Shown one piece after another: positions 30,883 to 41,179 of a stretch of 64,000 nucleotides of DNA. The stretch covers positions 32,001 to 96,000 of the forward strand of contig CAVYNY010000015.1 of assembly GCA_963769935.1 (NCBI GenBank), written 5' to 3'. This DNA is from an uncultured delta proteobacterium. GTDB lineage: Bacteria; Desulfobacterota; Desulfobacteria; Desulfobacterales; JAFDCJ01. Positions within the stretch are counted from its first letter, which is position 1. Each line of letters starts with the position of its first letter. The notes below the pieces were generated by a model. It ran no database searches. It was not told the DNA's origin and saw nothing but the letters and a program-made list of their open reading frames with translations. The translations under genes were made by a program, and so were the position numbers.

Positions 30883-31201
30883 GACAGAAGACAGAAAATA
30901 GATGACAGAATTTCTGAGTTCAGCCCCGCCGGGCCTCTCCGAACTACAGGCCCTACCCTATCCCCGATCTGTATGGCTGCGGCTGGAAGCAAACCCGAAT
31001 CTATGTCAAAGAGCGGAATATGGCACAGCGCCAATCAATTTGTCAACCCGTATCCGGCGACAAAAGATAGAAGGTGAGAGGGTGAGAAGTTGGGAAGTTG
31101 GGATGAAGGGCAAAGAGCATAGCGCATAGCGCATAGCGTCAAACTCAATCAACCCGTTCAACTTTTATTCAATACGTTTCACAATCCGCAATCCGCAATC
31201 G
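30883..31201. repeat. Cluster of different short tandem-repeat tracts
   Basis: GACAGAA-type (30883-30908), GAAGDTGR-type (31063-31102), GCATAGC x3 (31115-31138), CAATCCG-type (31182-31201). Confidence 0.7.
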
Positions 31202-31280
31202 AAAAGCCCGCAACTTTCGTTGTATAAAAAAATACAATGATTAGATAGCGGGAATGGTGATCTTGTAAGGGAATCTACAA

Positions 31281-32747
31281 TCAATTCTGGAGGGATTGGC
31301 GGGCCACCTGGGCTTCGGTTGATTCAGGATATTTGCTGCAAATTAATTGCAGACACTTCTGGCCTTTGGCGGCCATCCCTTTTTGATCATAGGCCCGGGC
31401 AAGCTTGAGTAAAGCGGTCGAAACCCCCGGCGAGTCCGGCACTTTTTTCAACAGCATGGTCATAATCTTTACCGCGTTTTCCAGGTGGCCGGTGGCCGCA
31501 AACATGATACTGAGTTGAATATATAACTGGGGCGTAAGACGGGCCTGGCTGGTATGGCGGATATATTCCTGATAGATGTCATGCGCCTTTTGGTAAGTGT
31601 TATAGCTGCGCGTGAGCTCAAATATCAATTTTTTTGTCACATTGTGAAATTTTTCATCATCGGGATCCAGTTTGTAGACATTAAAAAGGTGCGTCAGGGC
31701 ATCGATATTTTCCGGCTCTTTGGCCAGCACCTTTTCGAGCAATTGACGCCCCCTTTCCATGTCCAGCTCACCGATGTGTTTCAAGGCTTTTTCAATCAGG
31801 GGAGCTATTTCGTCGACCGGTGCTTCTGCAATCACATCGTGGTCGAAACCAAGGGCAAATTTCAGGCAGATGAAGCCGAAAAGCGCACCTCCGATCAATC
31901 CGCCGATATGGGCCGCATAGGCCACATGGCTGGCCCCGCCGAAAAACAGCTGAAAAAATTCATTTCCCACCCAGATGGGCAAAAGTATGATGGCCGGAAT
32001 TCTCAGGTAATTGAAATAAATGCCCAGGGAGTAAAAAATCTTCACCCTTTTCCTGCCGAACAATACCGCAAAGGCACCCATCAGACCGGCAATGGCGCCG
32101 GAGGCCCCCACCAGCGGTACGGTACTGTTCATATAAATCAGCCAAAAGACCCAAACTGCAAACAATCCTCCGATTATGTAAAGACCGGAATATCGCAGCC
32201 GCCCCAGCCCCATTTCGAGCATACAGCCGACAATCCACAAAAAAACCATGTTGCCGAACAAATGGCCCGTACTGGCGTGCATAAACATGTAGGTCAAGGA
32301 GGTCAGAAAAGATTTTTTCGCCGGTATAAATCCGTAGTTGAGGGAGGTGAGTTGAGAGCGCTTAGACTCGTAAACGGATCTAAGGTCCTTCCATTCGGCA
32401 TACACCGGATCGGAGGGTGTAATGATTTCATCTTTTTCGAGTTTTTTAAGAAAAAGATCATCCTGCTGCATCTCAAGATAAAATTGAACCAGGGTTTCCT
32501 GGTCAAGCTGCTCAGGAGCAGCAGCATCGGCAAATTCCTCAAGACGGTCTTCGCGGTAGGCCATGTAGCGGGAGACTTCGATATCCGCCAGACCGGAGTT
32601 AAAATAAAATTCGGAAACTCGGTATTGTTTTTCGGTATCGCCGTGCTGGAAAACGAACCACACCAGACAATTTAGCAAAATAATTGCTATGGTCACAACA
32701 GGCGGATTCCGCCAGCTTAGTTTTCCGGTCAGTGGGATGATGAACAT
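31281..32747 (-). CDS. Rhomboid family intramembrane serine protease with C-terminal TPRs
   Basis: MFMHASTGHLFGNM, GASGAIAG (catalytic Ser), AHIGG (catalytic His), TPR tail ending YPES.EA. Confidence 0.92.
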   Translation of the reverse strand: MFIIPLTGKLSWRNPPVVTIAIILLNCLVWFVFQHGDTEKQYRVSEFYFNSGLADIEVSRYMAYREDRLEEFADAAAPEQLDQETLVQFYLEMQQDDLFLKKLEKDEIITPSDPVYAEWKDLRSVYESKRSQLTSLNYGFIPAKKSFLTSLTYMFMHASTGHLFGNMVFLWIVGCMLEMGLGRLRYSGLYIIGGLFAVWVFWLIYMNSTVPLVGASGAIAGLMGAFAVLFGRKRVKIFYSLGIYFNYLRIPAIILLPIWVGNEFFQLFFGGASHVAYAAHIGGLIGGALFGFICLKFALGFDHDVIAEAPVDEIAPLIEKALKHIGELDMERGRQLLEKVLAKEPENIDALTHLFNVYKLDPDDEKFHNVTKKLIFELTRSYNTYQKAHDIYQEYIRHTSQARLTPQLYIQLSIMFAATGHLENAVKIMTMLLKKVPDSPGVSTALLKLARAYDQKGMAAKGQKCLQLICSKYPESTEAQVARQSLQN

Positions 32748-32756
32748 AACAAAGTC

Positions 32757-32967
32757 AATGCCTAAAATGCGCTAAAATGCCTGAGATGCCTAAAATGCAA
32801 TGGATTGCTGGTTCATAAGTCCTTTGCCAGTGATGGTTGGTTACGAATATATATCGGTCCTGTGCAAAGCAAACTTAAGAAATTTTCGTTTGAATTCTTT
32901 CATTATTTAATGGATAACATGCCGTAATTTTGATAATTTTAGGCAATTTAGGCAATTTAGGCATTTT
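32757..32967. repeat. Inverted-repeat element with 9-nt units (AATGCCTAA / TTAGGCAAT)
   Basis: aatgcctaaaatgcgctaaaatgcctgagatgcctaaaatg ... ttttaggcaatttaggcaatttaggcatttt. Confidence 0.8.
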
Positions 32968-33039
32968 CCATTTTTGCCCCCCAATGCTGTCCGGAGATGC
33001 TCACTTTTTAGACGCACAGGATTGAAATATACGCAATAT

Positions 33040-34317
33040 CTACCGTTTCCAAATAGGTACATATTGGGTTTCGCGGGGCCCCACGTAAATTTGACGCGGC
33101 CGGCAAAGTTTCCACAGCGGATCGTCAATGCTTTCCTTCCATTGGGCAATCCATCCCGGCAACCGGCCGATGGCGAACATGACGGTAAACATATTGGTTG
33201 GAATACCGATGGCGCGCAGGACGATTCCGGCGTAAAAATCGACATTCGGATAGAGATTGTGCTCGGTGAAATAATCGTCGTTTAAGGCAATTTCCTCCAG
33301 CTCTTTGGCAACTTCAAGCAGCGGATCGGAAATCTTTAATTTATTCAGCAACGTATCGCACATCTTTTTCATGATTTTCATGCGCGGGTCAAAGGTTTTG
33401 TATATACGATGACCAAACCCCATCAATCGGAACGGGTCCTTTTTATCTTTCGCCCGTTCGACGACCTGTTTCATATTTTTATTTTTCGCAATATGGGTCA
33501 ACATTTCGATGACGGCCTGGTTGGCTCCGCCGTGCAGGGGTCCCCAGAGGGCGGCGATGCCGGCCGAAATTGCGGCATACAACGACACCCGGGCACTTCC
33601 TACCATTCGAACCGCAGAGGTCGAGCAGTTCTGCTCATGGTCGGCATGCAAGATCCAAAACGCATTCAGGGCTTTGACCACGTCTTCGTCGATCTCATAC
33701 GGTTTAACCGGAGAATCGAACATCATGTTCAAAAAATTGGCGCAGTAGGCCAGATCCGGCCGTGGGTAGACCACTTTATGCCCGCGCGAAATTTTATACG
33801 ACATCGCCGCCATGGTCCGTACTTTGGACAGCAATCGCGTGACGGTGATATTTATTTCTTCTTCCATGTTCTGCAACTCCGGATAGAAGCCTCGCAGGGC
33901 ATTGACCATGGATGAAAGAATCCCCATGGGATGGGAAGAACGGGGATAGTTTTCAAAAAATGCGCGCATGTCTTCGTGCACCAGTGAATGATCATTGAGC
34001 ATTACCGAAAACTCGGTCAACTCCTTTTGCGTAGGCAGTTTCCCGTTGATAAGAAGATAGGCGGTCTCTTTAAACGTCGACTGCTCTGCCAACTGTTCGA
34101 CGGGAAGGCCGCGGTACCGCAAAATCCCTCTCTCACCATCCATGTAGGTAATGTTGCTGGTACAGCTGCCGGTATTGGCATAACCGGTATCGAGAGTGAT
34201 CAATCCGGTTTCCTGCCGGAGCTGCGAAATGTCGATGGCTTTTTCTCCCTCCGTTCCGGTCACCAGCGGAAGCAGATATTCTTTGTCACCGTAAATTATT
34301 TTTACAAATTCAGTCAT
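33040..34317 (-). CDS. gltA: Citrate synthase (Si-type)
   Basis: GILRYRG, LHADHEQNCST, GPLHGGAN, LMGFGHRIY, YPNVDFY, GRLPGWIAQW. Confidence 0.97.
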   Translation of the reverse strand: MTEFVKIIYGDKEYLLPLVTGTEGEKAIDISQLRQETGLITLDTGYANTGSCTSNITYMDGERGILRYRGLPVEQLAEQSTFKETAYLLINGKLPTQKELTEFSVMLNDHSLVHEDMRAFFENYPRSSHPMGILSSMVNALRGFYPELQNMEEEINITVTRLLSKVRTMAAMSYKISRGHKVVYPRPDLAYCANFLNMMFDSPVKPYEIDEDVVKALNAFWILHADHEQNCSTSAVRMVGSARVSLYAAISAGIAALWGPLHGGANQAVIEMLTHIAKNKNMKQVVERAKDKKDPFRLMGFGHRIYKTFDPRMKIMKKMCDTLLNKLKISDPLLEVAKELEEIALNDDYFTEHNLYPNVDFYAGIVLRAIGIPTNMFTVMFAIGRLPGWIAQWKESIDDPLWKLCRPRQIYVGPRETQYVPIWKR

Positions 34318-34587
34318 AGTACACCCCCCCTATCGTTCAGTGCCGACGCTGATATCCCATAAACCCTGCCGATCTTAACCGGCCATCATTATAATAATAA
34401 CCGGCCAAGGTCAAGCGACTCTGTCTCACAGCAACATCAAGGTAAAATTTAAATCGACGTCTTCCTAAAGACCGCCTGACAGTTTACTTGTAAAGGACTC
34501 TATGATAGTTATTTTGAGTCAATCAGGGAGAGATAGGATCCTGGCCCAAAGGACCAGGTTTTCAATGTCAGACTAAAGGAGGGCCCG

Positions 34588-35382
34588 ATGTCTTTCAAGG
34601 AAAATCTTTTAAAGAAAATCCGGATCAAACAATTAGCCCACGAGGTTCTGGCATCTATCGGTCCGGCAGAAAGCGGCCGAAAAATCGACAAAGACGCCAT
34701 GCGCAGCCTGCTGGAAATGAGTCCCTACCAATATCAGCAGGCACGCGACCTTGATCTTTACATTAAAAAAGGCGACGGCGAGCCGGACCGCATCCTGGTG
34801 CTGGATAACGAGCTGCCGGTTTATAAAACTACAGTGGAAGATGTGCTTATTCGCAAAAGCCCCTATATCAAAGAGATGACGAGGATCGGCAACATCATCA
34901 AAATTCTGAAAGACTCCGATGTGAAAGTGAGCCGAAAAGAAGAATCGGTCAAAACTGTGGAAAAAGAGTGCATTGACCGGCTGGACCTCTCGTTCAACGC
35001 GGCCGACATCAAAGAAATGGCCTCAGAAGGTCTTACGGCCCTTGAAAATGGATATGCCGAGGGGGTTAAAGAAAGCCTGGCCTTGTTCGCGGAGCTTTTG
35101 GGATATCAACCGGCACCCCAAGCCTTTCTGGTCCGCCATCATGAAATTTTTGGCGCTCTTACGGAAAAGCCGGCCGGTGAACTTATTTATGGACCGATCG
35201 TCATTTTCAGCCTGGTCGACAACTCTATGCGGCTGGTTTCGGATCGGATCAGCAGCCTTGATAAACAGCGGGTTGAATACTTTCAGCAGCTGGCCCAGGG
35301 AAAAGAGAAAGCTTCCGTCGAAGGCAGCGCAGTTTTCGAATATCTTGCGAAGGAAGTTTTAGCGCCAAAGGATAAGGGATAA
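34588..35382 (+). CDS. Hypothetical protein
   Basis: 264-aa ORF with AAGGAGG RBS and normal codon usage; no family recognised. Confidence 0.8.
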   Translation: MSFKENLLKKIRIKQLAHEVLASIGPAESGRKIDKDAMRSLLEMSPYQYQQARDLDLYIKKGDGEPDRILVLDNELPVYKTTVEDVLIRKSPYIKEMTRIGNIIKILKDSDVKVSRKEESVKTVEKECIDRLDLSFNAADIKEMASEGLTALENGYAEGVKESLALFAELLGYQPAPQAFLVRHHEIFGALTEKPAGELIYGPIVIFSLVDNSMRLVSDRISSLDKQRVEYFQQLAQGKEKASVEGSAVFEYLAKEVLAPKDKG

Positions 35383-35623
35383 TCGATATTCCCGTGAGGG
35401 AATTTTCCTCTGCTTATCTTCCTGCTGCTTCTTTTATACTTCTGCAATGTCCATAACTGTTTGCTGCCGGCACCGCCAGGCCCCGGGGCTAAAACCAAAG
35501 AAAATTCAGTGTTTAGGGTTTGGAGCATTGCAGGATTTTGATCGGACCGTTAATTTTCGCTTTCAGGCCCCAATCTTTAATCTGCCTGTGATTTCTCTAA
35601 TATCCATCGCTTTTTTAACAAAC

Positions 35624-35752
35624 TGTAAAAAAAACTGACACCTGAGACCCTGCCGGCGATCAACTTTATAGCCTGCCGGTTCCTTCAAAAGTTGATTGTT
35701 ACGTAAATTAAGATACATACCTGAAGTCACCGATTCTGGCACAACGTTTGCT
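35624..35752 (+). promoter_or_regulatory. Sigma54 promoter with upstream activator-like site
   Basis: TGGCAC-AACGT-TTGCT at 35737-35752; TGT-N11-ACA (TGTAAAAAAAACTGACA) at 35624-35640. Confidence 0.8.
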
Positions 35753-35956
35753 CAAAAGCATGCTGATCCGGCAGGATTCAGTATTAAATTTTCATTTGCC
35801 GGAAAGAAGAAAACAGCCAATGACTACTCCGCAGGTAATGTTAGTCGACAAGGAAAGTTGCAGTCACATACCATCGGGACAATAGCAGAATTATATACAT
35901 AAACTTCAAATTATGATAGGGGTCTCTAACTTTTTACAGGGATCAAGGAGGTGCCT

Positions 35957-36514
35957 ATGAAATCTTATAAAGTAAGCGAGTTAATGGTGCCGCTTTCAGA
36001 GTATGCTACCGTATCCGAGGATGCCAATCTGTTTGAAGCCGTCCTGGCGCTGGAAAAAGCCCAGGAAAAGTTCGAAGAGAAGCATACCCGTTATCGCCAC
36101 CGGGCGATTCTGATACTCGATAGAGACCAAAAGGTGGTCGGCAAACTCAGCCAGCTGGATGTGCTCAAGGCCCTGGAACCGAAATACCGGGATATGCTTC
36201 AAGGGAAGGGATCGCACCGGTTTGGATTCAGCAAAAAATTCATGCAATCCATGCTGCAGGAATATAAACTCTTCGCCAATCCCCTGGAAGATATCTGCCG
36301 CAAAGCCGGGGAGAAAAACGTCAAGGAATTTATGTATGCGCCTGAAGAAGGCGAATACGTGGAAGAGGATGCGTCGCTGGACCGGGCTATTCATCAGTTG
36401 GTGATGGGACACCACCAGTCCCTGCTGGTCACCCGGAATGAAAAAATCGTCGGCGTCCTGCGGCTGACCGATGTGTTCGCTGCAGTTTTCCATAAGATGA
36501 AGGAGTGCTTTTAG
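35957..36514 (+). CDS. CBS-domain protein
   Basis: VSELMVPLSEY, VVGKLSQLDVL, SLLVTRNEKIVGVLRLTDVF; AAGGAGG RBS. Confidence 0.9.
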   Translation: MKSYKVSELMVPLSEYATVSEDANLFEAVLALEKAQEKFEEKHTRYRHRAILILDRDQKVVGKLSQLDVLKALEPKYRDMLQGKGSHRFGFSKKFMQSMLQEYKLFANPLEDICRKAGEKNVKEFMYAPEEGEYVEEDASLDRAIHQLVMGHHQSLLVTRNEKIVGVLRLTDVFAAVFHKMKECF

Positions 36515-36591
36515 TAAAAGGCGCTGCCTGGCGGCGCGGCTGCCTGGTATTACGAAGCGAGGGTTTCACAGGAAGGAGGAGGAGAGTGGCG

Positions 36592-38061
36592 ATGAGTGAC
36601 CATACTGCTGAAACGAAGAATTTCGACCTGAAAAAAATGGGGTTTCTTTTCCTTGGAATTGCGATTTTCGCCGTGGTTTACTGGTCGCCTGCCTGGTCCG
36701 ATGCCGTGGATCCCATGGGCAAACATTTTGCGTTGACCCGGGAGGCCAAAGGGGCCCTGGCCGTGTTTCTGCTGGCCGGGACCTGGTGGGTTTTCGAGGT
36801 GGTGCCCATCGGGATCACCAGCCTGGCCATCGGCGTCCTGCAGGCGCTTTTTTTAATCCGTTCAGCTCAGGACGCCTTTACGGACTTCATGGTGCCCTCG
36901 GTCATGTTTATCTTTGCCTCGATCGTGATCGGCCTTGTGTTCACCAAAACCGGTCTGACCCGGCGTTTGGCTTATCGGATGCTGGTGATTGTCGGTGAAA
37001 AAACCAGCATGATCTATCTGGGATGCTTCGTGGTCACCGGCCTTTTAACTCACATCATGGCCCACACCGCGGTGGCGGCGACCATTTACCCCCTGATGGT
37101 GTCAATTTACGGCCTTTACGGCGAGGGCGATAAAAAGACCAAATTCGGCAAGGGGCTTTTTATCGGTATGGCCTATGTCGCCGGGGCCGGCAGTATCATC
37201 ACCCTGTTGGGAGCCGCCCGCGGCGCCGTTGCTATAGGCTTTTTCAAGGAGATAATGGGCAAGGAAATTACCTTTTTCCAGCTGACCTACTATATGTTTC
37301 CCATCGGCTGGATCATGATATTCGCCCTCTGGGGATTTTTTATGATACTTTGCAAGCCCGAAAAAGCTACGATTCCGGGACTGCGCGAAAGGGCCCGGCG
37401 ATTGAACGCCGACATGGGTCCCCTGACCCGCAACGAGATCAGGGCTGCGGTCATCGTCGGGGCATGTATATTGACCATGGCGCTGCGTTCATTCATCCCG
37501 GCCTTAAAACCCATTGACAAAACCGCTGTCATCCTGGTTTCAACCATCCTGTTTTTTATAACGGGCATCCTGGATCTGGACGATTTGGAATCCATCCCCT
37601 GGAATATCATTCTGCTGTTTTCCGGCGCCATGAGCATCGGCAACTGCCTGTGGCAAACCGGGGCCGCCAACTGGCTGGCGGTCAACTGGCTGCTCATGTT
37701 CCAGAATGCCCACTGGTTCGTGTTTGTAATGAGCATCGCCTTTTTCGTGATGATCATGACCAACTTTATCATGAACGTGGCGGCCATCGCGATTTCCCTG
37801 CCGGTGGCCCTCGTCATTGCCCCATACCTGGGAGTAGCCGGCGAGGTTATACTGTTTGCGGCCCTGATCACCGCCGGGATGCCGTTTTTATTGCTGGTGG
37901 GCGCCGCCCCCAACGCGATCGCCTATGACTCCAACCAATTTACCGCCGGTGAATTTTTTCTATACGGTATACCGGCCAGCATCCTGCTGATGATTGTCAC
38001 GGGCTTTGCCATATTTGTCCTCTGGCCCCTGATGGGCATGCCGGTGACGCTGGGGGGCTGA
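36592..38061 (+). CDS. SLC13/DASS family anion transporter
   Basis: WVFEVVPIGITSL, HIMAHTAVAA, IPWNIILLFSG, TNFIMNVAA, GAAPNAIAY; multi-TM. Confidence 0.92.
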   Translation: MSDHTAETKNFDLKKMGFLFLGIAIFAVVYWSPAWSDAVDPMGKHFALTREAKGALAVFLLAGTWWVFEVVPIGITSLAIGVLQALFLIRSAQDAFTDFMVPSVMFIFASIVIGLVFTKTGLTRRLAYRMLVIVGEKTSMIYLGCFVVTGLLTHIMAHTAVAATIYPLMVSIYGLYGEGDKKTKFGKGLFIGMAYVAGAGSIITLLGAARGAVAIGFFKEIMGKEITFFQLTYYMFPIGWIMIFALWGFFMILCKPEKATIPGLRERARRLNADMGPLTRNEIRAAVIVGACILTMALRSFIPALKPIDKTAVILVSTILFFITGILDLDDLESIPWNIILLFSGAMSIGNCLWQTGAANWLAVNWLLMFQNAHWFVFVMSIAFFVMIMTNFIMNVAAIAISLPVALVIAPYLGVAGEVILFAALITAGMPFLLLVGAAPNAIAYDSNQFTAGEFFLYGIPASILLMIVTGFAIFVLWPLMGMPVTLGG

Positions 38062-38068
38062 CCAGATA

Positions 38069-38281
38069 GAATGTCGAACATCGAACGTCGAGCATCGAAC
38101 GTCCAATATTGCGGCGCTGCGCTTTATCTATTTTAAAACTGGCCAACTGCAGAATCCACCAAAGGCGGACAATCTTCGAATGGTCGATGAGCTCGTGCAG
38201 CACACACGCCGCGTACTGTTTGGTATTTTTTAAATGGACAGAATTCAATATTCGATGTTGGACGTTCAATGTTCGATGTTC
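38069..38281. repeat. Inverted-repeat element with heptamer arms (CGAACRT / ATGTTCG)
   Basis: gaatgtcgaacatcgaacgtcgagcatcgaacgtccaatattg ... caatattcgatgttggacgttcaatgttcgatgttc. Confidence 0.85.
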
Positions 38282-38286
38282 ACTAT

Positions 38287-38376
38287 TTTCCTTTCCTATC
38301 AAACTGACCGCTTTGCAGCCAGCAACTGGGCTGACACCTGAACGCTGAACCCTGAACCCCTGAACCTATGAACCCC
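38287..38376 (+). repeat. Dispersed repeat copy followed by CTGAACC tandem tail
   Basis: atcaaactgaccgctttgcagccagcaactgggctgacacctgaacgctgaaccctgaacccctgaacctatgaacccc. Confidence 0.7.
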
Positions 38377-38388
38377 TAATCTATATTT

Positions 38389-39810
38389 TCAAGGTTGAAT
38401 CAGGATGGTCGGAAACAACCCTTCCAGGTCCCCGTCGGTATAAGGCTGAATCGTATTAAAAGAAATTTTCTGGTTCTTTTGGGCATGTCCCGTATTGGCC
38501 GCACCGTTAAAATAAGCGCCGTTGGCCTCCAGGATGTGTTGAATGCGGTCGCGGAAGGCGGAAACAAAGCCGGCGCCATGGCCCTCGAAAGACAGCTTGC
38601 CTTTGACCAACCCTCCATCGATTTTAGAGAAATCCTCGAGCGCCATGCTGTTGAGCTCCAGGTCGGCCGGATCTGTGATCAGGCCCCAGACCAGATGGCC
38701 CGGCGGTATGGTTAGGGGGTTTTTAACATCGATGATGGTATGGGGCATGATGATGCTTTCTTGACCGATGGTCAATCGGCTCTTCGAATCTCCCCGCAAA
38801 AAGCTGTTGAACCCGACGAATACGTTTTTTCCCAGATCGGCCTCGATGATTTTTGCCCCGTGAGCGGTCACATCGAAACCTTCCAGCCGGGAGTTGATAA
38901 TATAGCAATTTTCCTGGGCATTGGCGCCCTTGCCCAGCCATGCATTTTGAAGGTAGGCGCGCTGTGCGACCAGGACATTCTCGCTGATGCAAATTTTGGG
39001 TCTGATCACGGCAAACCGGTCCAGCGAAGCGTTGGAAGGCACCAGGACGGGCGGCTCGAGTTTGACGACGTCAAAGATGCGCTGAAAGTCTTCTTTGCGG
39101 TCCTTCATAAAATCAATGAACACCCCCTGCGGGGGCCTGCCCGCCGCAAAATTGACATAACGGTTCAATTTGTCCAGCGGATAGCGGTATAGAAAATTGA
39201 ACACGCCGGGATTGCGGATCCACACGGTACCGGGGGCGACATTAAGATGACCGATTTCGCCGGCCTGGACGTATGAAAAGGTTCCGATAACGCAATCGCG
39301 CATGGTGGTCAGGTCAACGGTGGCAAACGGTCCGAGGAAACACCCGTCCGACGGCGACCCGTGGATATTGGCGTAATGCGTGGCTACGGTATCCTTGATG
39401 AAGAATTCTTCTAAAGATTCCGGGTCATGGGAATAATTGTGGACCAGGGTTTTGACAAGCAAACTGTCTTCGATGTCGATGCCCTCGTCCCGGCTGAGCG
39501 GGATTTCAAACTTTTGATAACGAAATATATCCCCCCGATGTTTGAGTTCGTCGCCCCGGATATCGCTTTTGTAAAGGATCGAGTTGGCCGTGCGGATCTT
39601 GCCCAGAAAATAGCTGCCGGCCAGACTGGAATGCCTGAATTCAAAGCTCGGCGGATGGTGCGGGGTGATGCCGTAGAATGCATAGAATTCGACCATCTTG
39701 TTCAGGGCAACCAGATTTTGGATGAAGGGGGAGACATCGTAGTCGAGTTCCCGCAGATTGATATTGATCCGCTGCACGATCCGGTCCAGGAGTTTTTGAA
39801 GTTCTTTCAT
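38389..39810 (-). CDS. Hexapeptide-repeat (left-handed beta-helix) protein, gamma-carbonic anhydrase/acyltransferase-like
   Basis: ENVLVAQRAYL, ANAQENCYI, VTAHGAKII, NVFVGFNSFL, IGQESIIMPHTII, IPPGHLVWG. Confidence 0.78.
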   Translation of the reverse strand: MKELQKLLDRIVQRININLRELDYDVSPFIQNLVALNKMVEFYAFYGITPHHPPSFEFRHSSLAGSYFLGKIRTANSILYKSDIRGDELKHRGDIFRYQKFEIPLSRDEGIDIEDSLLVKTLVHNYSHDPESLEEFFIKDTVATHYANIHGSPSDGCFLGPFATVDLTTMRDCVIGTFSYVQAGEIGHLNVAPGTVWIRNPGVFNFLYRYPLDKLNRYVNFAAGRPPQGVFIDFMKDRKEDFQRIFDVVKLEPPVLVPSNASLDRFAVIRPKICISENVLVAQRAYLQNAWLGKGANAQENCYIINSRLEGFDVTAHGAKIIEADLGKNVFVGFNSFLRGDSKSRLTIGQESIIMPHTIIDVKNPLTIPPGHLVWGLITDPADLELNSMALEDFSKIDGGLVKGKLSFEGHGAGFVSAFRDRIQHILEANGAYFNGAANTGHAQKNQKISFNTIQPYTDGDLEGLFPTILIQP

Positions 39811-40055
39811 CGGCGATCCTTGTTTCAGATATACAAAATCAGGTGATTCCAGGGTCGAGGCGGCTACCTTAAATTAAGATTGTTTTAAACTCAAGCTGTT
39901 TTCGGGAATTTAGCCTTGCAGACGGCTATTTGAAGCCGATTCCCATATTTTCCTTGACATGCGAGCGGCATCACATATATCTACCTTAAGAATTATCGCC
40001 TCATTTAAGAAGTAAATTCTATTCAGCATAAACACTAACAAAAGGAGGTTAAAAG

Positions 40056-41081
40056 ATGAAAAAGCTAGGCGTACTTTTTGTCTGGGGATTGGTCGGTGTC
40101 TTTCTTCTTTGCGGCATCGCCGCAGCGAAGGAAACCGTAGTAGTTTATACCTCGCTGGAAAATGAAGAAGTAGTCGAATATCTGAAATTGGCCGAAAAAG
40201 AGCTGCCCGATCTGGATGTCCAGGCCATCCGCCTGTCAACCGGGGAACTCGGGGCGCGCATGCTGGCCGAAAAGGACAACCCCCAGACCGACTGCATCTG
40301 GGGCTGGGCCGTTACGAATATGTCGGAATTTGTTCCCAAGGGTATGCTGATGCCCTATAAACCGAAGACCTGGGATATGATCCCGGCGCACTTTAAAGAG
40401 CCTATGGGATACTGGACGGCAATGGATTTATACGCCGCCGCGCTGATCCCCAACACGAAAGTCTTGGCGGAAAAAAACCTGCCGATGCCCAAAGGCTGGC
40501 ACGACCTCTTGAATCCGGGCTTCAAGGGCCAGCTGATCATGCCCAATCCGGCAAGTTCCGGCACCGGTTTTTTGCAGGTGGCCAGCCTGCTGGTTCTGCT
40601 GGACCCGGACTATAAGAGCAAGCCGGTTGAACAGAATAAAGGCTGGGATTTTCTTAAAAAATTGGACAAGAATATGGGGCAGTACATTAAATCGGGTTCC
40701 AAACCTGCCAAATTGACGGCTTCCGGCGAATATGCAGTCGGCTGCTCGTTTGCGTTCGTATATTCATCATTGAAAAAGAAGGGCTTCCCGGTGGCGCTGG
40801 TCATGCCTGATGAAGGTGCCGGCTATGAGCTCGAAGCCAATGCCCTGCTGAAAGGTGCCAAGCATGAAGCCGCCGCCAAGCAATTTCTGGATTGGGCCAT
40901 CAGCAAGAGCGCCATGCAGGAATATGCCAAATTCAAGCTCGGTGTAACCTATCCCGGTATTCCCGGGCCCCCGGATCTACCGGCTTTGTCATCCATTAAA
41001 CTGGCGCCGATGGATTTCCCCTGGCAGTCTGAAAATCGCGCCAAGATACTGGAATACTGGCAGAGTCTTTTCCTGAAATAA
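40056..41081 (+). CDS. ABC transporter substrate-binding protein (Fe3+/2-aminoethylphosphonate-like family)
   Basis: Signal peptide, VVYTSLE, RLSTGE, LAEKDNPQ.D, MPNPASSGTG, SGSKPAK. Confidence 0.88.
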   Translation: MKKLGVLFVWGLVGVFLLCGIAAAKETVVVYTSLENEEVVEYLKLAEKELPDLDVQAIRLSTGELGARMLAEKDNPQTDCIWGWAVTNMSEFVPKGMLMPYKPKTWDMIPAHFKEPMGYWTAMDLYAAALIPNTKVLAEKNLPMPKGWHDLLNPGFKGQLIMPNPASSGTGFLQVASLLVLLDPDYKSKPVEQNKGWDFLKKLDKNMGQYIKSGSKPAKLTASGEYAVGCSFAFVYSSLKKKGFPVALVMPDEGAGYELEANALLKGAKHEAAAKQFLDWAISKSAMQEYAKFKLGVTYPGIPGPPDLPALSSIKLAPMDFPWQSENRAKILEYWQSLFLK

Positions 41082-41105
41082 AGGTTGGTCGATCAAGCCT
41101 TTTAA

Positions 41106-41145
41106 AAAACTTCATAGATCCTGCACGCGGGATCTATGAAGTTTT
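41106..41145 (+). terminator. Long stem-loop between SBP and ATPase genes
   Basis: AAAACTTCATAGATCC ... GGATCTATGAAGTTTT, 16-bp perfect stem. Confidence 0.75.
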
Positions 41146-41179
41146 GTCTTTCTGAGCCTGGCGCTAAGAGGAACTTTTT

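Noticed and set aside
35447..35575. Possible IS-end remnants (TGTCCATAA here, TATGGACA near 44521, TGTCCTTAA near 62802)
   Set aside because: Matches are too short and no transposase fragment or target duplication supports them.
36505..36591. Extended N-termini in the ORF track (also 3900, 10141, 19770, 51897, 55356, 57648, 59141, 59815)
   Set aside because: Downstream starts fit homologous N-termini better and mostly have clear RBSs or avoid overlaps.
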